Under the pieces are notes generated by a model, which saw nothing but the letters and a program-made list of their open reading frames with translations, searched no databases and was not told the DNA's origin. A program made the position numbers and the translations under genes. From Catajapyx aquilonaris (Eukaryota): DNA of 64,000 nucleotides. Location: the NCBI GenBank assembly GCA_000934665.2, contig KZ538305.1, positions 1 to 64,000 of the forward strand, written 5' to 3'. Each line of letters starts with the position of its first letter. Within the stretch, counting starts at the first letter, position 1. Positions 41,401 through 54,200 of this stretch are shown here, piece by piece.

Positions 41401-44400
41401 GCATATTCGAACATGCAAAATTTCCCACAGTGGTACTGATGTTTCCAATCAATGCTTATAATTGGATCGTTACAACAAAGGAAGCTCTGCTGCACTGACA
41501 AAGCCATCGCCTCCGACGCGGGGCTTCACTTTTATCTCCAGCAACCTAACTGGGATTTACTGACTTGCTCACTGCGCACAGTAGTATGTGCTGGATCTAC
41601 TGGAGAAAAAAAACACTAGACATCGGCATCCTCTTTTCTCTTAGAAACGCCACCTTTTTCTTACCTCTCCGAGGGATCCCTACTCACCAAACACGGCAGA
41701 TTTGAAATGTAAAATATTTTTGCAAGATCCTCCGGGACGCCAGTGGCTTTATGGCAAGTAAGAGCTGGGGAAAGGCCCTCCGGCCCCCCTTTTCTTGGTG
41801 AAAGTGGTGGAGGAATCCCCAACAACCTCAGGCGCGCAAAAATATTTCCATCCTTTTCTTTCTCCCAAGCCGAGTCAGCCGGCCTGCAAATTTTTCTTCG
41901 CCGGAACACCAAAGCTACTCCAGACATTTTCTTTTTATTACTTCGACCCCACAAAGTAAATAATGTGCTTTTGTACAGTGTCGTCCGGGTATTATTGCGT
42001 ACATTTGGGTTAACGAATAAGTATGCGGAAACACTCCCAATTAAAACACACTCACTAACAATAATCGATCTAGGTGGTTGAGGTATCTGGCTTGTGTGGG
42101 GATGGATAGAATGTATAGAATGGATATAACGGTGTAAAGAGGGCCAGTGGCGGCCTTTTTCTACCGCGGACCGACCCCTCTTGGAATCCGATAAATTTGT
42201 GGAGAAAGATCCATTCCATGAGGAGGAGCATTGTACCTCGTCGACGGCCCCAAAGTTGTGCAGTGATTAACTCTCCCAGAAGAATGGTTTTTCCAGGCAC
42301 TCGCGTGGATCACAACCAACGCAAAGTGGCCATTACTACAACTGCTCGTTATTCCGGAGGAGGATTTTTTTCTGCGAAAAAATATCTATCTCCCTCTAAA
42401 TTCCGCTGCGGAACTCAATGCGATATTTTTCGTCTCAGCGGTTCGTTTTGTTGTGTTCAGGTACTTGTCGGTTTCTATGACAAGATCCTCAAGTGCTCTT
42501 GTTGGGATTTGCGAACTTGTACAAGGGTATAAACTTTTCAAGTAGGTGCTCACTTTGGATATAAAACCGTAATTATATAGGTAATAGTACCATGGTTTCT
42601 GTTATGTCACTGCATGACACAGAATCGACAAACATGGTCCGGAATGGATAATTTTGCTCAAAATTCAACGAGCCCCTTTTTGGGCTGTACGCAGGATGCT
42701 GTAAGACGCTTGGATTTTTTTAAACTAGTTATGCACGCAAATTAACCAGGGAAACCGACCAGTCGAACACCCGTGGTCCATAGATTCCACGGGTCAAAGG
42801 ACCCCGGAAATATGGTCTGACCCGCAGAGAATAGGGTACGTGTGCTTATCGATTCACGAAACGGAGACTAGTTTTATGGCTAGTTAGCCAGTCCCGTGAC
42901 CATCCCACGTCCACGCTCGGGCTCAAATTACGAGTATGTCATGAGTGCTTGAGATAAGGTTTCCCGTTGGTGCATGTTTAAAACCGACCTTGTTAACAAC
43001 ACCATTGAAATGGCCCGTAATACTGTACATGAATGGCACCCCTCACAGAGTTACACACTCGGGTAAAACAGTATAACAAGCCTGGTAGATGCAATATTTG
43101 GGCGCCCGTAGAGAGAACTGGCTTTTCGTTGACATATAACTCCACCGGCAACCGAGTATGTAAAGTTGATGTTTAAATATTATGAAGGGTAGTCCTGTAG
43201 AGAATGATTTTTTGCTATGTGCATAGCCAATGTGGGGAAATGTATGACTATACGTGAACTCTATATATGTCTATCGATGTGGTTCGTGTTATACATTCAT
43301 AATTTTGTACTACACTTTTTCTGGCAGTTAGCATTTAATTGCGAAGAATAATTTCAAGCAACTTCGAATAACGCGGAACTAATAACAACTTACTGCTACG
43401 ACGAAAATGCTCCATCTGTTTTTGCCATTAATATTCGATTTTCCTGCTTACTGACGATTAGAGCAATTCCAATTTACGGCTAGTTGAATAATTTGGTTTT
43501 TGCAGAGCCTCTGGCGCGATGTCCACAGTTTGCGCTGATTGTATGAATGTGAACATTGCGGTGAATTAATGGCGACGGACTATATCCATATAAATTTTTG
43601 CGCAACGTTGGACTTTTGAAGGAGAACTGCACACACTGTCGTGTAGATCAGAAGCATTGTCATATCCGTCACGGGTGCGTTGAAACTGAGGCAGAAACAG
43701 TCGGTTTGAAAGTGACGTTACCGGTCGAAATCATAAATACATTTTGAAAGAGCTCTTTTGTGCGACTGGAAATGTGCTAGCCGCATAATAAAGCAGAAGA
43801 CTCACAAATTCTGGCCAGGGAGAGTACCTCACTGCAGTTGTGGACATTGTACGAGCGTAATGGAACCAGGATTTGATGGAAATGAAGCGATTCTTACCTA
43901 GTAAAGATGTAATTGGATTTAACGGAATGAACAATGAGTGTTTGAAGCTGCCATTTTCTCTGTTTCTTTACATCGCATCGTTAGGCACTGTCATTTTGCT
44001 ACAAGCAAACACCCATTATACCTGTCGACAATAATATTTTTTACAACTGAATTCGTTGCAAGTGTGAGGAGAGTGTGAGTTCCTGTCAGTTGAGACACAT
44101 TATGATTTTTTGGATAAAGCAAGTCCTGCAACCTGGACTGCGCTGTTTAAGGCGTAAAAGTGACGGATGATGCCAGATATTTCACACTTACTTCGAACCA
44201 TGTGTGGGTGCTGCCTCATGGCCGTTACTTTCTTCGCACCTGCCCGGCCTTAAGCCATATTAATGGTGTGCAAGCTGTCGCCTTATATTTTGATAAACGC
44301 AGAGTAACAGTTGGAGAGCAACTCCTGGTCGCGATAGGCGGCGGATCAGCCCCGAGATGAGGATGGACGTAGCGGTTTTCGGCCAAATCCAAGGTGGACG

Positions 44401-47400
44401 AAAGTAATGGAAGTGACGGGTAATATAGAGGAGATGTGGGGAAAAGCATCGTCTTTTCCCGGGGGCAGATGACTCCTTTATCCGGGGCGCCCGGGCCCTT
44501 TCCCCTGGGCAAAGTGAAGTAGGCGCGATGAATGGAAATGGGCAGCAGAGGTGGCGGATCCCAATCGGGGCTAAAGGAGCCCCATCGATTATCGAGGTCG
44601 CAATTCGGTACAGTCAGGGTCTTGGCTGCTACTGGGAACTCGGCTGGCTGCATTATGGGGGAGGCTTCCATTACATCCGATCCGAAGTCTGGGAAGAGGA
44701 TCCGTAGTGGTCTTCGTAATATATGCGCGTGGCTTTCAACAAGGTGGGTCAGAAATCCCTAGATTGCGGCAGACCGATTAGATCTCAAGTGGTGCAGCCG
44801 GAGTGGAAGAAGTGTATGATTCCAGGGGTTGCAGCGCTTGGAAACTATCAGAAGCTGCAGATTTGTCCTCGTAGAGTGAAGATCACAGGGGATGTCATTA
44901 GGGCACGAAAAAGTCATTTTCTCTGTTTGTCCGGAGGGACACTAAATTCATGTCAGTGACTGCCTCCCAAGGTGTGAACGCCCATCTCTACTGCAGGTGG
45001 CTAAAACTGGCCGCAGAAAATACTGAGGACTTGGGAAGGGGCCACTGTCCTGTATACTCCATTCAGACTGCGTCAGGATATCTCCGCAATACAGTATTTA
45101 TAGTGTCATATTAAATTATACGTGTACCAAGTTACTACACAATGGCATTATCAAACTGCCATTTTTATGACAAGCGTAAATAGGAAGAGTGAACAACCTG
45201 CAGACTAATGAAACAGGGTTTTGCGATTTACATAAAACAGTAACAGCTGCAATTAAAAATTAAAAATAATAGCGACAATGCATATCAGTGGACAAGATTT
45301 GCTTTATTATTAGTAGAATCCGCAATACCATGTGTAATATTGTAGGACAGGGTTGTCTGCTTTCCTGATCTAATGCCTGTGAAAATAAATGGGAATTTTA
45401 TAATGCCATTGTGTGGTATAGCTTGTGAAGGGAATTGGACTAGAAATATTGCATCATAATGATGTTCTGCTGCAGTGTGAATGCAATATGAAGGGTGGTG
45501 CAGTGTCCAAGTGCACAATACAGTCATAAAGAGGGCGGGAGGAACAGTTAGGTGTTGCAACCTCTATAATGAGAAGCAATAATATTTAGACCAATGAATT
45601 CTGGTGTGATTGTTATTCGATGTAAACTAGTTGCTGGGTTAAACCATTCACATCTTATTCGGGTATTCTCTTTTCGATTGCAGACTTGGCCATTGCACTT
45701 CCCTGCATAATCACTCCATACCCTGCACTTGTTTGAGGAACCTGGTTTGGCACACGAACGGCCGTAATTTTAAGGTACTTGGCCTGATCTTGCTCTCACA
45801 AACATATTGATCGCAGGCATGATCATAATGTAAAGTCCAAACCACCGAACACTCCACACCCCCGGATAATAATTTCAGGGTGGTGTATCCGGCGGAAAAC
45901 CAAAAGACTTCCTGAAGTGCTAAAGTTGAAGGAGAAGAAATCTAGCAGCGGGTTTGCTGTTGGCCTGGTACTTTTTTTTTGAGGGACCAAACACTTGAAG
46001 GAAAAATTGAGATCTGCCAGTGTTTGTAGATTAGGTTATTCGTGCAGATGGGCGTGATGGAACTACCCCGCAACACTAGAGCCAGATGAAAAAAAAGAAA
46101 GCACAACGAATGGTTTGTTTGTTTCCACTTGAGAGAGCGAGATGAAAGCCGCAAGATGTAGCTGGAAAATAGGATAAAAAAAGAGAGAGCTCGGTCTTGG
46201 CAGAGAATTTTGTTCGAGTCTCTTCCAGGACCCTCCCTTTTGTGGAAAAGTTTGGAGGGATCCTATCTGAACCGGCACGGTTTGCTTGTGACCCGCAGAA
46301 TCTCCTCATGTTTTATGAGGACTTTAACCTCCCTCAAGACCCTCGTAGTCTTAGGAGAAGCGCACCAGACCGTTTGCGCTCCATAAATACTTGATACGTA
46401 GGTTGAGGTCACGTCCTTTCGGGCAGAGGATTCGTCAACCAGGTCTTTGTCGCGCTTCTCCATGTGTCACCTCTCAGGAGACGTGTGTCTGCTGCGAGGA
46501 TTAATAGTGCTCCACTGTTACAGTGAGAGACGAGGAGCAAAGTGCCGGGACATGACCGCCATATTAATGAGTTGTTCAGAAAGCGCTCATTAAATCTACA
46601 TGTATTCGGTTGTTTAATCTGGTATTAACATGATTATCAGGTTATCGCGTACTCGTTAGTAAATTTTTTTCGCTCAAAGAGTAGTCAGCTGAAAATAGTC
46701 TCATTACTAAATTTTATTCATGTTGGTAAAGAGTGGTGTCCGTGCTGGTCAGTTTTATTGTGAGGATTATTAGGTCTTTACCATGTAGTTAATGACAGTG
46801 ATTATTATGCATATTTGGTACATCTCGGCCTGTTAGTACCGAAAAACTGGAGTGAAAAGCGTGTAATTTTAATCGAAATTGAGTAAAACAAAGTGTGTTG
46901 CGTAAGGTTGCACGTTCCGATGGTCAAATCTGTCGAACGCTAGCACAATTATGCAGATATGCTTACAGTGGATCCCAGAAAGGGTGATGCAACTATCAAA
47001 TTATCTCATCCCTCGTAATACTTATAATTCAATTTTGCTTCTCATTGTTATGCAATTTAGGTCTTCAATTGTTGCATGGACTGAAAATTCCCCCGAGTAT
47101 ATTAATGTGTGGAAGAGTGTAACTATTTTCACCTTTATCCATATAATGTAATATAAAATTAGTCTCAAACCAATATTTGCCATTTTTGGGTTCATGCGTA
47201 CAGTAGAGATAATTGCGTCAATTTTGCCTGTGAAGAGATTGGCTATGTCCAACGTTCATTGAAACGACATTTATTGTGAGGAACATATGCAGTGTTATGT
47301 TAATTTGTTTTAGCCGTGACTTGTACACTACACAATATGCACAATAATAATAATATGCCGTAATGTGCGTATAGTGTACGCAACTTGGCCGTTGCCTGGG

Positions 47401-48339
47401 GCTGTTGGCATTCTTAGCTTGTTCATAGCCCCTGAGTTTTAGTCTTCCCGTTGCACAAGAGAGACTGAAGGGTTGCTCTGAACGGATAGGATAAACTTTC
47501 TTGTCTGATTTTACTTTCAGAATTATTATATCATGCCTGCACATTGTTGTGTGCTGCACAGGTGCTGCAAGGAAAAGCTTGTAAGTTACACATTGTTGTT
47601 CAGCAAAATGATAGCAGATTATAAGTACTTCTGCATCGATAACGAATGCAATATGATAAATTTTTCATGTTCCAATGACCATGCGACAAACAAACTTACA
47701 CTACAATCGTAATTTTATTGTTTGTACTGCTATGTGGCAACATATTTCTTTCGTGTGTGATCATGTCATCACACGAATTGACATGCAATACCATATATGG
47801 GTTTATTAAGTCATATTAGTAATATGTGAACCTGTGGTGTTTTGGCTTACGAGTTAGTATTACAAATGAGCTCATGTTGACATATCGGTTGGGGCACGTG
47901 TACGAGTAAAATGGTTATTGAAACTGTATTTTATTAATAATTGGTATGTACGTACTGAGCATATTTGCATCACGGTTCTATCGTTATTGATGCCGTATCG
48001 CAGGCATTGTTGGTATTTCCCTTTATTTTCGTTTAATGTAGGCCATACTTGATATTCAGCGATAGTTATTCGTCGAGGGGAACTCAGAAAGCAATGTGCT
48101 TAACTCATGTACTTTTTAAAAATATTCAATTTTTATTGAAATACTAATACGTCTCAAATACATACATTTTTGCACTATATCATACATTAAAAATTAATAC
48201 CTAGAAAGCAGTTTATCATGCGCATTTCTGCATGCAGATAAACAGAGCAAAAGTTTTTTTATTTCCAGCATATAGTATTTCATGAACAAATTTTATTGTG
48301 GGAACTCTAGTTATTTCGACAAAGTAAGCCCCATAAATT

Positions 48340-48545
48340 ACAAGGTGGAACTGTCATGCAACAAGATGGTGTACCACCCCAATAAGGTCTCATGGTGAGG
48401 CATCTTAATCATGAGTTGTCTTGGGAATAGATCGGCAGAAGTGGGACAGTTTCTTGGTCTGCTCAGTATCTTCCAGGTCGCATGACTTCGGATGACTTCG
48501 CTGCATTTTCCCTTTCAGACCATTTGAAAAACAATGTCTCTAAAC
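48340..48545 (+). mobile_element. Decayed Tc1/mariner transposase fragment
   Basis: Frameshifted remnants QQDGVPP..., HLNHEL, *IGRSGTVSWSA, HLKNNV match the QQDGAP.H...WIGR.G...WP.RSPDL...LK..V pattern. Confidence 0.7.
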
Positions 48546-48820
48546 TCTATATCGAGGTTCATAAGGTCAGAAGTAATCATATGCAGTTTACAATAATTCT
48601 CAAATAGGATTTGGTGGCAAAGTTACACAGAACAGCTTACAAAATACGTTGACTGATGTCGAAAATCGCCTGTTTGTTCTAACGAACTACTGGATAGTAC
48701 CTAAATGTTTCCGCAGTGGAGTTTACTGAAGATCTAGTATAACTCTGAATCCTTATCATTGAATTTACACCAGTTAGATATCTGAATGATAAACTGACCC
48801 AAGGGGCATTACAGGGTTAA

Positions 48821-48975
48821 CCCTGTAATGCCCCTTGGGTCATATCTGGCACACCATTTAGTGCAATTTGTCACTTACAGGAGATATAAAAATTGCAATA
48901 ATTGCAAAAATTGCACTAAATGGTGTGCCAGATATGACCCAGTGGGCATTACTTAGATTAGTGGGCATTACAGGG
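48821..48975. mobile_element. piggyBac-type MITE
   Basis: TTAA|CCCTGTAATGCCC...GGGCATTACAGGG|TTAA, with near-perfect internal inverted arms (CATATCTGGCACACCATTTAGTGCAATTT / AAATTGCACTAAATGGTGTGCCAGATATG). Confidence 0.85.
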
Positions 48976-51900
48976 TTAAGTTATGTGACTTATGACTTTT
49001 GAGTTGTGCTTCGTAATCACCCGGACACTCTGTCACACTCAATTGTGATTTTCCATTATGCCGACAAATGCATTACATCCAGCAAAACAAGGTGACATTT
49101 TGGCTAGCGTGGGTGTTACAGGTGGTAATTATTATGGATTTTGGTTGCAACAATACTGATGAAGGGTTTACTCTCTCGATATTTTATTATTTATTACAAA
49201 AAATATATCGGATATACAATAATGTATGTTATTGTCCCTGGACATCATGGGAAGCATGCCTTTTTGGACATTTATACAGCCACTTTTTGACCCTTTCTTG
49301 CAGTTTTTGAAATTTAATCAGCGCATTTAAGAGCGCAACACCAAGAAAATAAACTTCACCAAGGCGAGCTGCACCTAGAAGGGAATTACAGGTAGTGGGT
49401 CCTGCCGCCTAAGAAGTCACGAAGATGGGAACATGGCAATATGTATTACAACATGATAAGAATGATCAAAGGAAAGGAACATCATTCAGAATTTTCTAGA
49501 GTGTGTGCTGTACATTATTCCAATTAATGAGTATTGAGACAAAGTGCAAAGTTCAACAGTCATATTCAGTATTGTCTATAATCTATATGGATGTACTCAT
49601 GAAATTAATTTGTTTGGAGAGAACCTCGTGTAGGCTAAAGTCTACCGTGTACAGGTCAGCTACACACTGCACTGGTGGAAATCTCACGCGCTGCCAGGTT
49701 GGCAGCCTGGATAAGGGGTCGTGCAGATATCACGAGCATGAAGTTCGCCACTGCTCAACAAAACTGCCAACTTCACTAAGAAGCTTACCCGGAATTTCCT
49801 CCTGTACGGACATGAGCTGACTTATAAGTGCAACTGAATCAGTGACACTAATTCTGAATAATAAATCCAATTCTTTTGGGACGCGATTGCATGCAAAATT
49901 ATATTTTGTGCGGCTGCATTTAATAAATTGGCATTTCCTATTTAGAGGTTTTAGAAAGATACACCATGTCTCCGTGTTGGAACCTCTTCGGACCACTTTT
50001 TAAGGTGACGTTGAGTTAAGAACACATTTACTATAAACGCAACGATTTAACGGTGTCTGTAACTGAATCAAGCTTTCTAGAGAGCTGTCGCATTGGCCGT
50101 ATCCGACCCCACATTTTCCCAGGCGGGTGAGAAAAAAAAATTGCTTCAGATTCCTCATCTCTTTTCCATGATCCCCTAGTGGATTTTATTCTTCGTGGTA
50201 AGAAATCGGGTCAAATCTGATATGACCAGCGGGACATTTCTCTCCGAGCTATCTTTTATTACACAATTTATTACACTACATAGATAAGCTTATTTATTGT
50301 AGCTCGGTGCCGACTATTGGTTACTGTACAGCCTTCTGAATGAATATTTATACTGTAGACATGATTGACCTTAGCGAATACGCGTATATTAAAATGTGTA
50401 CAGTTACAACGTCGCTCTATTACTTTGTCAGATATAAATTGCAAGGTAAAGAAGTACTGCTCAAATTACCTTTTCATGCAGTGTAATATGACGAATATCG
50501 CGCAATGAGATAAAAGAATTATATTTTTGAAACTGCATGTGCCATAAAAGGACTATGGGTATATTATTCCCCTAATGCCTTACAGTTTCACATCATATTG
50601 GATCCTGAAGGCAAGTTAAGAATTCCCGCGAAAACCTGCACTTATTGCCTATTAAGAGTACTCACTGTAATGTGACATTTTATATTCAAGGTACCGTATA
50701 TCACTTTCTGCAGAAAAAAACTAGAATTGTCCCAGGGTAACTGTAACTGTGTGCTGATAGAGTTAGGTCTATTTTTACGCCGTCATCCAACATCTTTTCT
50801 CTCCCTCACAAGTAAAGCTCTTGTCGAAGAATGTTTGTGGACCGAATTTGAGTGGCTGTCCGGTGCAAGAGCAGAATGCGAAATGATGACTACAAGGCGT
50901 GTGATTGGCGACGTTTTGAAAGGTTGGGTAGCTCACCGGTCCGTCGTTTATCAGCATCGAGGGAGAGAGGAAGTTGTGGAGGAAATCGCATTTCCATATC
51001 GGCAGGATGATGCACGATAAGGGATGATGTGATTTCCTAGAACGTCAGAAGGGTGGGTTGACGTGTAACCCCCCCCCCCCCATACCACCCACTGAAAAAA
51101 AACTGGGGAAAAAAGACCTTCAGGTTTTCTGCGGATCTGTGTCCCATCCACACCGCATTAACCTTCAGGCTCCATGCTCATGCTGGCATTCCTCATTTAT
51201 AATGTCTCTGGAATTGACACTTCCGTCGATAAAAGCGCCACTTCTCGTCTGGAAGGGCCAGTTGTTTGGACTGACCGGACAGCTTTTGAAGGGAAGCTGC
51301 CGCTGCAGAATCCATCGGGGGATGACCGACCCCACAAAACGCCTCTTTATTATTAACGGCCATGGTTGTAAATATCGGCGGAGGTTGTGATGTGCCAGCC
51401 ATTTTTTCCCCTCCCTCCCAAAACTCTCTCTGCCATGGGGCGAATATTCGAGCAAATCGCTATTCATGTTGGGTTCCGTTTCGGCCCGTTTAACACGTAC
51501 CTGTTTATTCACAAACGCATCTGTCTTCCGGAGCGAAAAGAAGGTAGCGCCAGCGACAGACTTTGTGCTCCGTTTAATTCTCCATGAGCATTTGATATTC
51601 TGTCTGTTCTCCTTGGTGAAATATTAGTGCCGCTGTTGTGTTTGAGGTGCATCTTCATATCCCTCATGAAATATCCACTGCTATAAAGTCCGACTCGAGA
51701 TGCGGAGCGGGTAATTCGTCCTGGGAGGCAGCAATTTAAGTAAACTGCGTAGTTTGAGTTTTCATTAGCTGGCGAAGCTGAGCTAGACACTCTTAAGTAA
51801 TGCACCTTTATTTTTCTATGTCACGTGAAAATTGCCCACTTTGCGCAAAAAAGGAAGATTCAATCTCTGTACTCCCCAGCTCCTCTTTTTAAAAAAGGGA

Positions 51901-54115
51901 AGGACCGGGCATTTTAAGATAATATTTGAGAATGGTTTTCTGAGCATAACTTATGCTGATGTGACATAGTGGTATGCTACAGAAAGACTCCGTCTTGCAA
52001 CATTTCACGACCGTTCTCAATTTACGGCCATGGGTCAATTCGTCGCAGTAAATCACAACTCGGTCGGAAGGGTACAGCATTGTGGCGATTACAAAAAAGC
52101 AAGATTGACAACTGGATCGTGCAGTGGCTCCAGGGATCAGACGGCTAATCTTCCACCTCTATAGTATCGTTGATATCAGACAAGATTTGTTTTATTGTGA
52201 AGGAGAAAAGCCCGCTTTTTACAGTTTGATGCACTGGCCAAGTCCCCAGTTCAAAAGAGGGTAAAGTGATGGATTGTGCGCTCAAGCAATCGGTTTAAAG
52301 GGAAGCAGCATTTCAGAACAGATTTATTATTCAACAAAATTTCCTGTCGCATGTGCTACGTGCCCGGTCCTCTGAATACCGTATTAGCAGCTTCCCTTAC
52401 AATCAAAGGAATATAAATGTTCTATGACCAGTCTCTTGGTGCAGGGCAGCCATGCGGAAACGGGGAAGGAAGCTGCGAAGTGGGGCAAGTGCGGTCGTTT
52501 TTCACCGTTTTTGCCGACCACGTCCTCAGCTCAGCCTTGACTTTTATAAAACGCGGTGTAATTTCATCGAGGGGGCAAGTGACAAAGCGTTACGCAATTT
52601 TTTGCCCAGCTGAATTAAAGATGAAACGCTGCTGGTCACTGGGAATATTCTTTGTGTTGCATTTCTGGCAGCGAACCCAGGTTTTGCGACGTCGTTTCTG
52701 CCAGCCAACAAAGAAAGGGCTTGAGGGAGAAAGTGGTAGTGAAATGGAAAAAAATGGTGTCCCTTTGATAATGAGAGAATTCCTAGTCATAGACGACGGT
52801 TATTGTACACACCTGAAACGAGGAAAATAATACATGGGCTTGTCGGCGGCGCATGATTGGAATTTATTCATTAGGGGACAGAACTGACGGTAACCCAAAC
52901 CGGTCATGCTGCGGGATTGGCTGGGGCAGATTATTTCTCGGCCAGACACGTATATACAGAGTACCAATCCATTTCGACGAACCCCTCGCAAAATGAGCTT
53001 ATTTTTCATATCAAGCTCGAATAGCATCGAATTATCGGATTGGTGGCTGCTAGATGCTCCCAAAATTTCAGGGCTCGCTGTCGTCACTCCGCATGACTGC
53101 TTTATTGTTCCAGACAATTTTGACAAGGAATTAATGGCTGTCCAGTTGCGCGCAGGAAGTACCGGAGTAATTTGCATTGTTCGGGTCTAGCTAGGCCGGA
53201 TTCCTGCTAAATGCACGTCACAGTATTAGTTCCACGAAACCCCTCCATTGTTTTTTAGCTTATGTTTGGAGGTAGTGTGGGTGGGTGGGTGGACGGATAA
53301 AAAAAGTGGCAATTTCGGGTTGGCTTCTTGGAAATGATCGTTCTAAGCAGAGCTATTGCTCATGCAGGCGATTCCCATCTCATATACACGCTTGGGAGAG
53401 AAGGTGGTATCGCCTGTAATTTTTCACCCGCTCCATTACACCGTAGGCTATCACCATTTTTCCACCATTTTTTCTCTCTCTTCCTCCAGTTAATGCGATC
53501 CACCCCAGCATCCTTGCATCGCAGCCGGTGTCGCAACAGCAAAACAAAAGGGAAAGTCGTGGCATGGGACCCATCTCCCATGTGTGTAGTCCTCTACCAT
53601 CCCCCACCCCCCACACACAAAAAAATGTGTGTGTGTGTGTGTGTGCGTGGGCGGTTGCGGGGGTGGGTGGGAAGGCATGGGAGGGGCTGCTTCCGGGAGC
53701 CCGAGCCTGGATTTTGGCGCAGACTCCGGGATGCTGAGGTCCATGGGATCGATTCGGGAGGCGTCCGCATGCAGAGAGAGCTTCTGGGAGGAGCGCCCAA
53801 TCCATGTGGCGGCGCGCGGGGAGGACGGTGGGCCAGGAGGAGGAGGAGGAGGAGGCGGAGGAGGAGGAGGAGGAGGCGGAGAAGGAGGACTCCGAGGGTT
53901 CGGACCAGGTCACCAGCTGCAGGGGTAGAGGTCAGGAAGCGGTGCTGGCAGTGGAGGAGACCTGCAGAGAAGAAGGCGGAAGTGGTCAGAGGAGTGGGCC
54001 GGATGAAGAAGAGGCAGCGGAGGCGTCCAGGGCAACAGCAGCAGGGGCAAGGGCAGCAGACTCGGAGGCGGCGGTGACCCTCCGGAAGAGTGGTCTGCTC
54101 AGCTGCAGAGAGGTC

Positions 54116-54200
54116 ATGGCAGCGGGGCCCGGCGGCGGGGCGCCCGCCCGCCGTTCGCACCCGCTCTTCCTCCTGCTCCTCTTCTTCTGTCTTCCACACG
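54116..54200 (+). CDS. Probable first coding exon (signal peptide) of a large secreted or cell-surface protein gene continuing beyond the window
   Basis: GTCATGG start gives MAAGPGGGAPARRSHPLFLLLLFFCLPH, then G|GTAAG (phase-1 donor). It lies in a GC-rich island preceded by a strong acceptor (polypyrimidine + CAG at 53489), suggesting an exon of 53490-54200. No downstream exon was recognised. Confidence 0.55.
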
